From Candidatus Krumholzibacteriia bacterium (GTDB taxonomy: Bacteria; Krumholzibacteriota; Krumholzibacteriia; Krumholzibacteriales; Krumholzibacteriaceae): DNA of 64,000 bases. The stretch is from NCBI GenBank assembly GCA_963836185.1, contig CAWIIQ010000001.1, forward strand, positions 1,088,001 through 1,152,000, written 5' to 3'. Of this stretch, positions 1-10,163 are shown one piece after another. The position numbers and the translations under genes were made by a program. The notes under the pieces were generated by a model. The model ran no database searches and was not told the DNA's origin. It saw only the letters and a list, made by a program, of their open reading frames with translations. How positions within the stretch are numbered: the stretch's first letter is position 1; each line of letters opens with the position of its first letter.

Positions 1-593
1 CCTCATCTCCGCACGGCCAGGAGTCCGGTCTGATTTCATCGCAGCTTCCCTTCGCGAAAAAATACTGGCCGATGAATCCGACCGATCCGTAAGGCTCGAA
101 CCTGACCTTCATCCCGGGATCTATCATGCCGCTGACCATGAAAGCAGCAGTGACGATCCCCCTGCTGTACCCGGAGCCGCCGAGCCACCCCAGAGAAATG
201 TCGGCTGAGAGGTCGAGCATGTTGGAGGGGGAGTCGCTGATTATGTAGAACTTGTAGTCCGCGCCCAGCCCGTAGTTGTCGATCTCCTCTGCGCGGGCGT
301 ACCCGAACTGCAGTCCGAGATCGCTTCCTCCCGTGATGAGAAAACGCGTCGCGATACCGGTGCTGAACCTCCAGCCCCCGCCCGAGACGAAGACGGCTCC
401 CTCGCCGAGAGGGGAGATTGCCGCTGTAGTGTACTGTCCGAATACCTGTGCAATGAGCAGGGGAAGGGATAAGCGCCGCCGCGATCAGAACGGCAATCAC
501 TACGCAGGCTGCCGTATGTACAGCTGCCCCGGATCCGCTCCTGCTGACCTGTCCCGACCTATCGTTCATCAAATCAATCTTTCCAGGAAACAT
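1..593 (-). CDS. Exported, probable outer-membrane beta-barrel protein (frameshifted near 455; runs off window start)
   Basis: Signal-peptide-like N-terminus, then in the shifted frame alternating Gly/aromatic strands (GLQFGYARAEEIDNYGLGADYKFY...EPYGSVGFIGQYFF). Confidence 0.45.
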
Positions 594-726
594 CTCTCCC
601 ACCTCGTCTCTGTGCTTCAGCCCGGGGCATAGTACCATATATTTCGCCTGCCCGCGACCGCTTTTATGCATCAACTACATTTTTAAATACTGCGTAAGCA
701 CCTGTATAATATTGTTTTAACGACTG

Positions 727-735
727 TTATCCACA
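727..735 (+). promoter_or_regulatory. DnaA box
   Basis: Perfect TTATCCACA upstream of the RNR promoter. Confidence 0.5.
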
Positions 736-770
736 AAAGGAACATAATCAGCGTGACGGGTAAAAAGCAG

Positions 771-823
771 TTGACGCCCAAAATGTAGTATGCGATATTT
801 GCACTTGCCCCAAGATATGGCGT
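771..823 (+). promoter_or_regulatory. Sigma70-type promoter overlapped by tandem NrdR boxes
   Basis: TTGACG(771)-17 nt-GATATT(794); NrdR-like 16-mers GCCCAAAATGTAGTAT (776-791) and CCCCAAGATATGGCGT (808-823), starts 32 bp apart, upstream of an RNR gene. Confidence 0.75.
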
Positions 824-888
824 CAGGGGGGCAAACAGGGTGAAGATGCTTCGACATAGGTAAATTATTACATATACAGGGGGTTAAC

Positions 889-3157
889 ATGTCTTCGGCT
901 CGTCTCGAACCACGGATTTCCAACAACGCTCTCAGAGTGCTCGAGAGAAGGTATCTGCGCAAGGACGTTAACGGAAATCTGACAGAGACGCCGGAAGAAC
1001 TCTTCCAGCGGGTCGCGGCGAATATCGCCTCGGCCGAGAGGCGTTACGGTGACAACAAGAACCGCCTGGGCTGGGAAGATACGTTCTATAACATGATGGC
1101 CACCCTCGATTTTCTGCCCAATTCGCCGACCCTGATGAACGCCGGCGCCGAGCTCCAGCAGCTCTCCGCCTGCTTCGTCCTTCCGATCGAGGACTCGATG
1201 GAGAGCATCTTCGAGACGATCAAGAACACGGCGCTGATCCACAAGAGCGGAGGAGGCACGGGATTCTCCTTCTCGCGCATCCGCCCGAGGAACGACCGGG
1301 TCAAGACGACCAAGGGCATCTCGAGCGGGCCGATCTCGTTCATGACGGTCTTCGACGCCGCCACCGAAACGGTAAAGCAGGGCGGCACGCGCAGGGGCGC
1401 CAACATGGCGATCCTTCGCGTCGACCATCCCGACATCCTCGATTTCATCACGGCGAAGAAGGACAACAGAAAACTCAACAACTTCAACATCTCGGTCGCC
1501 ATCACCGAGGAATTCATGGAGGCGGTCAAGGCTGACCGCGACTATGAGCTGATCAATCCGCACGGCGGCGATGTCGTCGACAAGATATCAGCGAAGAAGG
1601 TCTACCAGATGATCGTCGAGCTCGCGTGGAAGAACGGCGAGCCGGGGATCGTTTTCATAGACAGGCTCAACGAGGATAATCCGACGCCCAACGCGGGGAT
1701 GATAGAGAGCACGAATCCCTGCGGGGAGCAGCCGCTTCTTCCATACGAGTCGTGCAATCTCGGTTCGATAAACCTGTCGCACATGGTCACGGAAGACGGG
1801 CGACAAGTCGAAGATCGATTTCAACAAGCTCGGCGAGACGGTGCGCAGGGCGACGCGGTTTCTCGACAACGTGATCGACGTGAACCGCTACCCGCTCAGC
1901 CAGATCAAGGATCAGACACTTGCCAACCGCAAGATCGGCCTCGGCGTCATGGGATTCGCCGACGCTCTCGTCAGGATGGAGATCCCCTACGACTCGGAGG
2001 AGGCCCTCGAGGTCGCCGAAGAGATCATGGGATTCATCCAGCGCGAGTCGACCGCGACGAGCCTGGAGCTGGCCGAAGAAAGGGGAGCCTTCCCCAACTT
2101 CAAGGGCAGCAGGTTCGATACTGAGGATGCGCCGAAGCGCCGCAACGCGACGACGACGACGATCGCTCCGACCGGCACGCTGAGCATCATCGCCGGGTGC
2201 TCGAGCGGTGTCGAGCCTCTCTTCGCTGTAGCCTTCATCAGGCATGTCATGGACAACGATGAGCTCGTCGAGGTAAACCCGGTCTTCGAGGAGATCGCCC
2301 GCCGCGAGGGATTCTTCAGCGAAGAGCTGATGAAGAAGATCGCCGAGGAGGGGACCGTTCAGGGGATAGAGGAGATACCCGAGCATTGGCGGCGTATCTT
2401 CGTTACCGCGCATGATATCACGCCCGAGTGGCACATCCGGATCCAGGCAGCCTTCCAGAAATACACCGATAATGCCGTATCCAAGACGGTGAACTTTCCG
2501 AAGTCCGCCACTAAGGAAGACGTCGAATCAGTGTACATCAAGGCGTACGAGATGGGCTGCAAGGGCGTGACAATATACCGTGACGGAAGCCGTCAGGAGC
2601 AGGTCCTCAACATAGGCTCTGTCAACCGCGAGACCGAAGACGGCGAACTCGAGCTGGGCGATGATCTGGGCGGACTGCTCAAGCCGAGGCCGCGTCCCGA
2701 GGTGACGACCGGCAAGACCCACAAGATGACGACGGGCTGCGGAAACCTCTACGTGACGATCAACGAGGACGAGCACGGCCCGTTCGAGGTCTTCACGCAG
2801 ATGGGCAAGGCGGGCGGATGCTCCGCCTCGCAGTCGGAGGCGATCAGCCGGCTGATATCTCTTTCGCTGCGCGCCGGAATCGATCCGAAGCAGATCGTCA
2901 AGCAGCTCCGCGGGATCAGGTGCCCCAACCCGGGATGGGAGAAGGGCGGCATGATCCTCTCGTGCAGCGACGCGATCGCCAGGGCGATCGAGCGGTACTT
3001 CCTCGAGGAGAAGACCCCGGTCGGCCACAAGGTCACCAAGATGTCGGCGGGATACCTCGACAAGGTCGCCGGCTTCTGCCCCGACTGCGGCGGCGTGATG
3101 GAGCACGAGGGAGGCTGCGCGGTCTGCCGCGAATGCGGCTTCTCCAAGTGCGGCTAA
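889..3157 (+). CDS. nrdJ: Class II (vitamin B12-dependent) ribonucleotide reductase, split by one frameshift near 1800
   Basis: [44 protein letters not shown]-terminal TGCG/CPDCG/CRECG domain; ORFs 889-2124 and 1841-3157. Confidence 0.9.
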
Positions 3158-3170
3158 AGGAATTCCATGC

Positions 3171-3740
3171 ATGAAAAACAGGAATTGTAGGGGTCATTCA
3201 TAATGGCCCCCGTCCCCGTCGTCCTTGTCGCCTGCGCTCACGAGGAGCTCGGCCGAAACCTCCTGACGATAGCATGGACGCGGAATCGACTGCTCCGATC
3301 CCGCGACCGTCCATGTCTCGATAAGGCCCGAAAGACACTCCTACAGGATGATCTCCGAATCAGGATGTTTCACCGTGAACATTCCGACACTCGATATGAC
3401 TGAGACAGTCGACCTGTGCGGAGTGATATCGGGCAGGGATGTCGCTGATACTGAGGGAGACAAATTCGACAGGGCAGGCCTGACAGCCCTTCCCGCAAAG
3501 ATCATAAAGGCCCCCCTCGTCGCCGAGTGCCCGGTAAACCTCGAGTGCGAGGTAAAGAATGTAATCCCCGTCGGCGTCCACCACATGTTCATAGGCGAGG
3601 TAGTCGCAAAGCACGCCGACAGCGAGGTCCTCACCGACGGCAAACTCGATTTCTCGAAGATCCCCCTTGTAACGTACGTTAACGGCGAGTACTGGTCCCT
3701 CGGAAAGCCAGTCGGAACTTACGGTTTCTCGAAAAAGTAA
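3171..3740 (+). CDS. Flavin reductase family protein (frameshifted)
   Basis: PVPVVLV...NLLTIAW, SGCFTVNIP, APLVAECPVNLEC, HHMFIGEVV. Confidence 0.8.
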
Positions 3741-3817
3741 TGACAGGAGGAAGGACAGGCGATAAAATATAGAAAATAATGCTCCGGTTGCCATGGGTGG
3801 GGAAAGGAAGTGACGAC

Positions 3818-4789
3818 GTGGGCAATCTAAGGGAAGCTATGCGCCGGGAGCTGCGGCTCCGCAACTACAGTCCGGGCACGATCAGGACATATCTTCAGCA
3901 CATGACAGAATTCACCAGGCACTTCGGCCGAAGTCCGTCCGAACTCGGCAGGGAAGAGATAAACTCCTACCTGCTCCACATGACGGAAGTAAGAAAGGTC
4001 TCCGCCACATACAGGGACCAGGCCATAAGCGCGCTGAAATTCTTCTACGGAAGGGTGCTGAAGAAACAGCTCATCATCGAAGAACTCCCACGTCCGAAGA
4101 AAGAATTCAAACTGCCGTCAGTGCTGAGCACAAAAGAAGTAGCTCGGCTCTTCCAGGCAGTCAGAAACCGGAAGCATCTCACCATCCTGATGCTCCTCTA
4201 TTCCGGTGGTATGAGAGTAAGCGAAGTAGTCAGGCTCAAACCTGAGGACATCGATCCAGAAAGACACCTTATCAGGGTGCGAGGGGGAAAGGGACGGAAG
4301 GACAGGTACACAGTCCTCTCGGATACGGCTCTCGATGTCCTCCGTGATTATTACCTGTCATGGAAGCCGGAATATTTTCTTTTTGAGGGAAACAGGAAAG
4401 GTTCTCATCTGTCGACAAGATCGGTCCAGAACGTCGTTTCAGCGGCCAGAAAGCGTGCCGGGCTGAAGAAGAAGTTCAGCACCCATGTTCTCAGGCACAG
4501 CTTCGCGACGCACCTCCTTGAAAGCGGCACCGATTTAAGGTATATTCAAGAACTACTGGGGCACAAAAGTGCCAGGACGACACAGATCTACACACATGTA
4601 ACACGGAGGGATATCGCACGGATCGTTAGCCCGCTGGACAGGATGATGGAGGGGGAAGCAGCGGCGACAGGACCGATCGGAACATCCGAACGGAAGAAAT
4701 CTCCCACCCACCCCACCCATTTTACTGAACGTCCTCGTCGCAAACGAACCAAAAACCGTCAAAACAACGAACCGGACACACACAAATAA
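3818..4789 (+). CDS. Tyrosine recombinase (N-terminal SAM-like domain plus catalytic domain) heading a cassette array; integron-integrase-like but lacking the IntI insertion
   Basis: LRNYSPGTIRTY; LYSGGMRVSE; GKGRKDR; HVLRHSFATHLLESG; LLGH; TTQIYTHV; GTG start at 3818 after AAGGAAG. Confidence 0.9.
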   Translation: MGNLREAMRRELRLRNYSPGTIRTYLQHMTEFTRHFGRSPSELGREEINSYLLHMTEVRKVSATYRDQAISALKFFYGRVLKKQLIIEELPRPKKEFKLPSVLSTKEVARLFQAVRNRKHLTILMLLYSGGMRVSEVVRLKPEDIDPERHLIRVRGGKGRKDRYTVLSDTALDVLRDYYLSWKPEYFLFEGNRKGSHLSTRSVQNVVSAARKRAGLKKKFSTHVLRHSFATHLLESGTDLRYIQELLGHKSARTTQIYTHVTRRDIARIVSPLDRMMEGEAAATGPIGTSERKKSPTHPTHFTERPRRKRTKNRQNNEPDTHK

Positions 4790-4810
4790 ACTGTTATATG
4801 ATAGCCGAGA
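4743..4810 (+). other. Candidate attI-like primary recombination site (G/TT crossover at 4793)
   Basis: GTTATATGATAGCCGAG (4793-4809) matches the reverse complement of the end of cassette 1 at 16/17 positions; AACGAACC direct repeats at 4743 and 4766. Confidence 0.7.
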
Positions 4811-4816
4811 GAGGCT

Positions 4817-5230
4817 ATGAGAAAGAAATACCGTAAACTTTTCACGATACTATTAGTATCAGCGTTATTGGCTTCTTGTGAAGCCAACGATATTGGAAAG
4901 TGCACACATATCCCTGTCGAAGGAGTCGCAACAATTGTCACAGTCTGAAGAGCGTTCTGAATACCAGGATTGTGGTATGGGGGTTTTATTATACATCGAC
5001 CTGGCTCCCGATTGTCCAATTTACGCTGAAAGATTTCAATACAAAATACTCGACTTCTGACTTTGTACCCCAAAAGATGGGTCGAAGCCGTTGGCTTGAT
5101 AGAAGGATCTCAGCATAGGTGTATTTACTTTGCTAAGGGTGGTCCTTGTCCTAACTATATCGTTTGGGAAGATATAGACGTACAAAGCATTGAAGATTCA
5201 TGTACTGTGTGGGCTGCGGAATCACCATGA
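4817..5230 (+). CDS. Cassette 1: Cys-rich lipoprotein, family A (frameshifted)
   Basis: MRKKYRKLFTILLVSALLASC lipobox; rebuilt CTHIPVEGVATIVTV...RWVEAVGLIEGSQHRC...DSCTVW aligns with 17236 and 20940. Confidence 0.7.
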
Positions 5231-5254
5231 TTGGGTTATGGGAGCTCGGCCATC

Positions 5255-5394
5255 ATATAACAGCAGTGTTCGCGGCTGCAGGCCTTCGGCCTTTCGCTCA
5301 GATGGCCTTTGTCACGGCGGCCGCAGGGCGACTGCCGCGCCAACCGGGCCTGGCGGCCCGGACGGCCACCTCGCGAACACGACCAATGTTATGT
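5255..5394 (+). repeat. attC-like repeat 1 (major type)
   Basis: ATATAAC...GTGTTCGCG...CGCGAACACGACCAAT-GTTATGT. Confidence 0.9.
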
Positions 5395-5420
5395 GACATG
5401 ACATTGAGATAGGAGGGGTA

Positions 5421-6016
5421 ATGAAAAGGCTATCTGCGGTCATATTCTTACTATTGCTGATGACGTCCGCTAGCGTACTTGCTGACTCGGTACAATTTAC
5501 CATACGAGTTCATCGAGACGTTGAGGATATCTCTGCGCTAGAGGTGAAAACCTTTGAGATCATTTCGGGGGGACTATTCCCAGAAACTGAACTAGAAACA
5601 GAGATGAAGGAGAAGATTCGAGCACGGATCGAGTCTACTGGATTAGTCTATGATCCTTCAAAGAAGGACCTCTTTGTTGGTGTTATCTTTGTTGGCTTCT
5701 CCGAGCATGGGAACAAGCTACCTGGATTGGAAGATTGGCCAAGTCAAACCCATGGATCTGTTGATTCAGCTTATGCGCTTCTAACTGCAGAATCTGAGAA
5801 TACAGAAGGGCAAGGTGCATGGAGGTCCATCCAAATCCACATTCTTGCACCACCTATCAGGAAGTTCCGGTTCGGATCTGGACGGGCTCGGTTACATACG
5901 ATGGATTAGAGACCGATACTGATAAACTGGCAAATGTGATGTTGGAACAATTACTTCTTGAATATCCCGTGCCATCTGGAAAGCCAGAGTTGCGAGAAGT
6001 GATATTAAGTGAATAG
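5421..6016 (+). CDS. Cassette 2: secreted hypothetical protein (frameshift near 5870)
   Basis: AGGAGG RBS, signal peptide; ORFs 5421-5909 and 5819-6016. Confidence 0.65.
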
Positions 6017-6033
6017 TGGAGGGGTGTCACGTC

Positions 6034-6173
6034 ACATAACAGAGTGTTCGCGGCTGCAGGCCTTCGGCCTTTCGCATAGATGGCCTTTGTCACGGCGGCC
6101 GCAGAAGCGCCCGCCGCGCCAACCGGGCCTGAGGGCCCGGACGGCCACCTCGCGAACACGACCAATGTTATTC
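6034..6173 (+). repeat. attC-like repeat 2
   Basis: ACATAAC...GTTATTC, near-identical core. Confidence 0.9.
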
Positions 6174-6200
6174 GCCACCTAACCTTGCAAAGGAGATAAT

Positions 6201-6368
6201 GTGGATGTATTGAAAATGTTGCTTCCTTTCGGGATTGCCTTTTTAGTGTTCTTAGCTATAAGGGAAGTAATGTGCTGGTACTTCAGAATTAACAATATGC
6301 TCAATATGCTCAATAGTATTGATACCAGTTTAAAAAGAATGTCGGGAAGGACAGACAGTTCTTCTTAA
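6201..6368 (+). CDS. Cassette 3: 55-aa single-TM protein
   Basis: AAGGAG RBS, GTG start, MDVLKMLLPFGIAFLVFLAIREVMCWYFRINN...; fills the cassette. Confidence 0.65.
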   Translation: MDVLKMLLPFGIAFLVFLAIREVMCWYFRINNMLNMLNSIDTSLKRMSGRTDSSS

Positions 6369-6399
6369 GACAATACAATTGATTTTACGGTTAGGCGGC

Positions 6400-6539
6400 G
6401 TATAACAGTGTGTTCGCGGCTGCAGGCCTTCGGCCTTTCGCTAAGATGGCCTTTGTCACGGCGGCCGCTAGAGCGCCCGCCGCGCCAACCGGGCCTGGCG
6501 GCCCGGACGGCCACCTCGCGAACACGACCAATGTTATCT
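6400..6539 (+). repeat. attC-like repeat 3
   Basis: GTATAAC...GTTATCT. Confidence 0.9.
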
Positions 6540-6617
6540 GAAACCACACCTTATCGTGGTATAATTCAGCGTTGCGTGGATTCTGGCCACAAGACACTGT
6601 GCCCCAAGGATGATGAG

Positions 6618-8555
6618 ATGAAGAGCAAGAACCTCACAAGAGTACTGATCGCCTGCCTATTTATCATGATCTCTAACGAAATATCTGCTCAATGGTATGA
6701 CTTGGGGAATCCTGTGTTCATTGACCCGGGGATGTTTCAGGACACACACATTTCTTACGATGGCAATGGAGGCCTGTTCTTTACGTGGTGCGATTGGAGA
6801 AACGGGGGAGCCCCTTATCAGGCGGATGTCTATGCACAATATGTGAATGCTGACGGAATAGCACAATTCGGACTGTCGGGGATGCCAATCGATACGATCA
6901 GCGGCAATCAGTACAAGGCTAATGTTTCATATGTGGGAGGGGATTGCGCGGTGATTGTATGGTCGGACCTGATGGATGGATATAAATTGCGAGCTCAGCG
7001 CATTAATTCCGAAGGAATGGTATTCTGGGGAGACAGAGGTGTGGATGTATCAGAACAGTCAGGAATGGGAGAAGTCGCATCAGTGATTCCAGATATTAAT
7101 GGAGGAGCCATAATATCCTGGAGAAATTTTTATGTTTGGATTCAACGGCTGGATTCACTGGGCAATCGGATGTGGGGGGAGGACGGAATAAGAATTAACA
7201 ATATTGGGGACACTGTTGGCAGTGCTCCTGCAATTGTGAGTGATGGGGCGGGAGGCGCAATAATCGTATGGTCAGACTATCGCTCTGGGAGCATGACGCA
7301 TGACATATATGCTCAACGTGTTAACTCAAACGGGGATGAGTTATGGACAGACGGGGGATTGCCGATTAACAACAATGAAGGAGCTCAAACTCAACCCTCA
7401 ATAGTGTTTGACGGAAATAACTCCTTTATCAGTTGGTTTAACAATACATGGGACATCGGTGTTCAGAAAATAGATCACGATGGTAATCTCTTATGGAATG
7501 TTAATGGAGTATATATTAGTCCAATAGAGCCCAGACCTAAGTATCGAGCCATGGCTGCCGATAATCATGGAGGTGTGATTGCCGCTTGGGAAGATTTTAG
7601 GAATACGAGTTCAACTGAATCTGATATTTACGCTCAGCGGATTCGCTCAGATGGGGAGATTGCATGGGATATAGATGGTATTGCGATTTACATTGGTGGA
7701 GGGGATCATCAACAGCCAGCAATTTCTACCACATCATCAGGCGATGCTATCATTGTTTGGACTAATTATTATGGAATTTACGCACAACGAGTGGATACCA
7801 GCGGAGCAATATATTGGCCAGAATACGGTGAAAACATTTCAAGAGGGCCAGGGTGCCAACACTGGCCACTTATCCAGAACATCGATGACAAAGAATTATT
7901 CGTTGTGTGGAATAAGAATGAGAATGATGCATGTTATGGAAACGACGATTTATATGTTCAAAAGATTGATCTTGAAGGACACATTGTAGGCACATTTCTA
8001 GATCAGGCCGAATGGTATTGTGTCTCTGATGAAATATGTTTGAAATGGTCGATTGTCTTATCCGCAAATAATCTTGAATTCATTATACTGCGCACATTAA
8101 GCGGAGAGCATAAGTACAGAGAAGTTGGCCGGATTATTGGATTCGAACGTCAATCCGAATTTTGCTATATTGATAGCACATGTAAACTTGGGGAAAAGTA
8201 CATATATCGTGTTATCGCTTCCATGGAAGATGATGAGATGTTGCTTTTTGAAACTACAACAATCCTGATGCCAAATCTAAAGTATGTTCTTCATCAGAAT
8301 TATCCGAATCCGTTCAATCCAATAACCAAAATCTCATACAGTCTGCCAAAACAGTGCATCGTCAGCTTAAAGATATACGATATTATGGGAAAAGAGATTG
8401 TATGCCTTGTTAACAATCAATTGCAGCAAGGTGAACAGGTAATACATTGGGATGGTAAAAACCACTTCGGAGATCTTGTTTCTTCCGGAACATATTTTTG
8501 CAAGCTTTTTGCTGGAAAACAGACAAAAGTAATTAAATTGATATGTCTGAGATGA
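6618..8555 (+). CDS. Cassette 4: secreted repeat protein with C-terminal FlgD-Ig/T9SS-type-A-like sorting domain
   Basis: Signal peptide; repeated DGxGGAIIxWxDxR...DIYAQR; C-terminal LHQNYPNPFNPITKISYSLP...WDGKN...VSSGTYF. Confidence 0.8.
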   Translation: MKSKNLTRVLIACLFIMISNEISAQWYDLGNPVFIDPGMFQDTHISYDGNGGLFFTWCDWRNGGAPYQADVYAQYVNADGIAQFGLSGMPIDTISGNQYKANVSYVGGDCAVIVWSDLMDGYKLRAQRINSEGMVFWGDRGVDVSEQSGMGEVASVIPDINGGAIISWRNFYVWIQRLDSLGNRMWGEDGIRINNIGDTVGSAPAIVSDGAGGAIIVWSDYRSGSMTHDIYAQRVNSNGDELWTDGGLPINNNEGAQTQPSIVFDGNNSFISWFNNTWDIGVQKIDHDGNLLWNVNGVYISPIEPRPKYRAMAADNHGGVIAAWEDFRNTSSTESDIYAQRIRSDGEIAWDIDGIAIYIGGGDHQQPAISTTSSGDAIIVWTNYYGIYAQRVDTSGAIYWPEYGENISRGPGCQHWPLIQNIDDKELFVVWNKNENDACYGNDDLYVQKIDLEGHIVGTFLDQAEWYCVSDEICLKWSIVLSANNLEFIILRTLSGEHKYREVGRIIGFERQSEFCYIDSTCKLGEKYIYRVIASMEDDEMLLFETTTILMPNLKYVLHQNYPNPFNPITKISYSLPKQCIVSLKIYDIMGKEIVCLVNNQLQQGEQVIHWDGKNHFGDLVSSGTYFCKLFAGKQTKVIKLICLR

Positions 8556-8602
8556 TTATATACTCAATTTGAGCACTATACTTATAAGTCAGGTGTGGCT
8601 TC

Positions 8603-8742
8603 AGATAACAGAGTGTTCGCGGCTACAGGCCTTCGGCCCTTCGCTCAGATGGCCTTTGTCACGGCGGCCGCTAGAGCGCCCGCCGCGCCAACCGGGCCTG
8701 GCGGCCCGGACGGCCACCTCGCGAACACGACCAATGTTATCC
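8603..8742 (+). repeat. attC-like repeat 4
   Basis: AGATAAC...GTTATCC. Confidence 0.9.
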
Positions 8743-8777
8743 GACATCTTATTGAAGCTTAAAGAGGTGAAATTGCT

Positions 8778-9409
8778 ATGAAAATGATGAAGCCAATTGT
8801 TGTTCTGATAGTACTGATACTCCTGTTCTCGGTCGCAAAGTATGTCAGAGTTCAAGCATTTCATATTAGAAAGTGAGAGCAAGGTTGAGCTTCCTAATTA
8901 TTTTTATGATGACCTAGAGCCATACGTTACAACAATAGATCGCCAGCATTCTGACAAAGAGGATGATTCGCCTTGCTGAATCTGTTTATCCACCAAGAAG
9001 GAAGATGCTTGAGAAGCATCCAGGTTTGCCAGAAGAAATGGTAGCAGATTCACTGTGGGTGGCTGAAGAGCACGGCGATTTAAAAATACCCTACACACTA
9101 ACTGCGAGTGCAGTTCGGTACTATATTGATCTGATGAAGAGGTACGAAAAGAAGGACGAAACGCTCGATAGTATCCCGAAAAATGCAAAGTTAACATATA
9201 AAGCAGACATGCACGGTCCATCAACTTTCATTATTAATGGTGAATTGTATGAAAATGTTAAGGTTGTAACCCTTGAGTTAAGCTGGTCCACCTATACTAA
9301 TGCTTTGAATGCTGGAGGATTCAGTATTGTCAAGTTTGTGATTTTCGACAGGGAGAAGAATATTCTGGGTGTGTTTGGGGATGGATTCCCTGGAGAATGG
9401 GCGTCATGA
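8778..9409 (+). CDS. Cassette 5: exported hypothetical protein (frameshifted)
   Basis: GAGGTG RBS, hydrophobic N-terminus at 8778; body ORF 8963-9409. Confidence 0.55.
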
Positions 9410-9437
9410 ACATTGGGAATATCCAATAGAAGACGTC

Positions 9438-9576
9438 GGATAACAGAGTGTTCGCGGCTGCAGGCCTTCGGCCTTCGCTCAGATGGCCTTTGTCACGGCG
9501 GCCGCTGGAGCGCCCGCCGCGCCAACCGGGCCTGGCGGCCCGGACGGCCACCTCGCGAACACGACCAATGTTATTC
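9438..9576 (+). repeat. attC-like repeat 5
   Basis: GGATAAC...GTTATTC. Confidence 0.9.
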
Positions 9577-9999
9577 GCCATGTGGCAGATGAATAAATTT
9601 AACTTCGATTTCTTCTTATTTTTTAGGACTCTTCTTTCCCCGCAGTACAGCCCCATCCAGCCTCAGGGTGACTTCCGGAGTCTCTAAAGCCTGATCGATC
9701 CAGTACCTCATATTTTCTCCGATGTTAAGGCCTAGACTCGTGCCGTAACGGGCCTGAGGGTGGCTTGCGGCTGAGACTGAGATCCTCGATCCTGAGGTTT
9801 TAAGGGGCCGAGATTGGTAGGGGAGAGCTCGTAAGGAACTTGCTTTCAACGATCGGGGCAATTCAGCGTACGACTTCGGGTCGCGCTGTCGCATCTTTAT
9901 CAGCCAAGGGTTGGCTGAAAGACTATTGAACCGGAGAGATTAAAGGATTAGATTTATAGGTGAGGGGTGATCTAGTATGAATTCCACACGGCGTATAAC
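9570..9999. other. Cassette 6: ORF-less cassette, copy A (candidate ncRNA/regulatory element)
   Basis: No credible ORF; block-wise nucleotide similarity to 13214-13645. Confidence 0.7.
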
Positions 10000-10106
10000 A
10001 GAGGTGTTCGCGGCTGCGCATGTCACCCGGCCTGCAGAGCACGCCGGGCGCCAATGCTTCGCGTACACCGCCTGCGGCGGCGTCGCGAACACTCACAATG
10101 TTATAC
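9993..10106 (+). repeat. attC-like repeat 6 (divergent type)
   Basis: GTATAACAGAGGTGTTCGCG...CGCGAACACTCACAATGTTATAC; different internal hairpins. Confidence 0.85.
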
Positions 10107-10125
10107 GATAAATGCCCTTATTCCT

Positions 10126-10155
10126 TTGACATATTCAATTCTACATAGATAGAAT
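10126..10155 (+). promoter_or_regulatory. Internal promoter of the kinase cassette
   Basis: TTGACA-18 nt-TAGAAT, ATG 8 nt downstream, no SD sequence. Confidence 0.55.
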
Positions 10156-10163
10156 CTCCATAC

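Noticed and set aside
3741-3817. LexA box or Pc promoter for the recombinase/array
   Set aside because: No CTGT-N8-ACAG or convincing -35/-10 pair seen.
9616-9894. 92-aa minus-strand ORF in ORF-less cassette A
   Set aside because: Not preserved in paralog B (start lost, non-triplet indels, stops) and no RBS.
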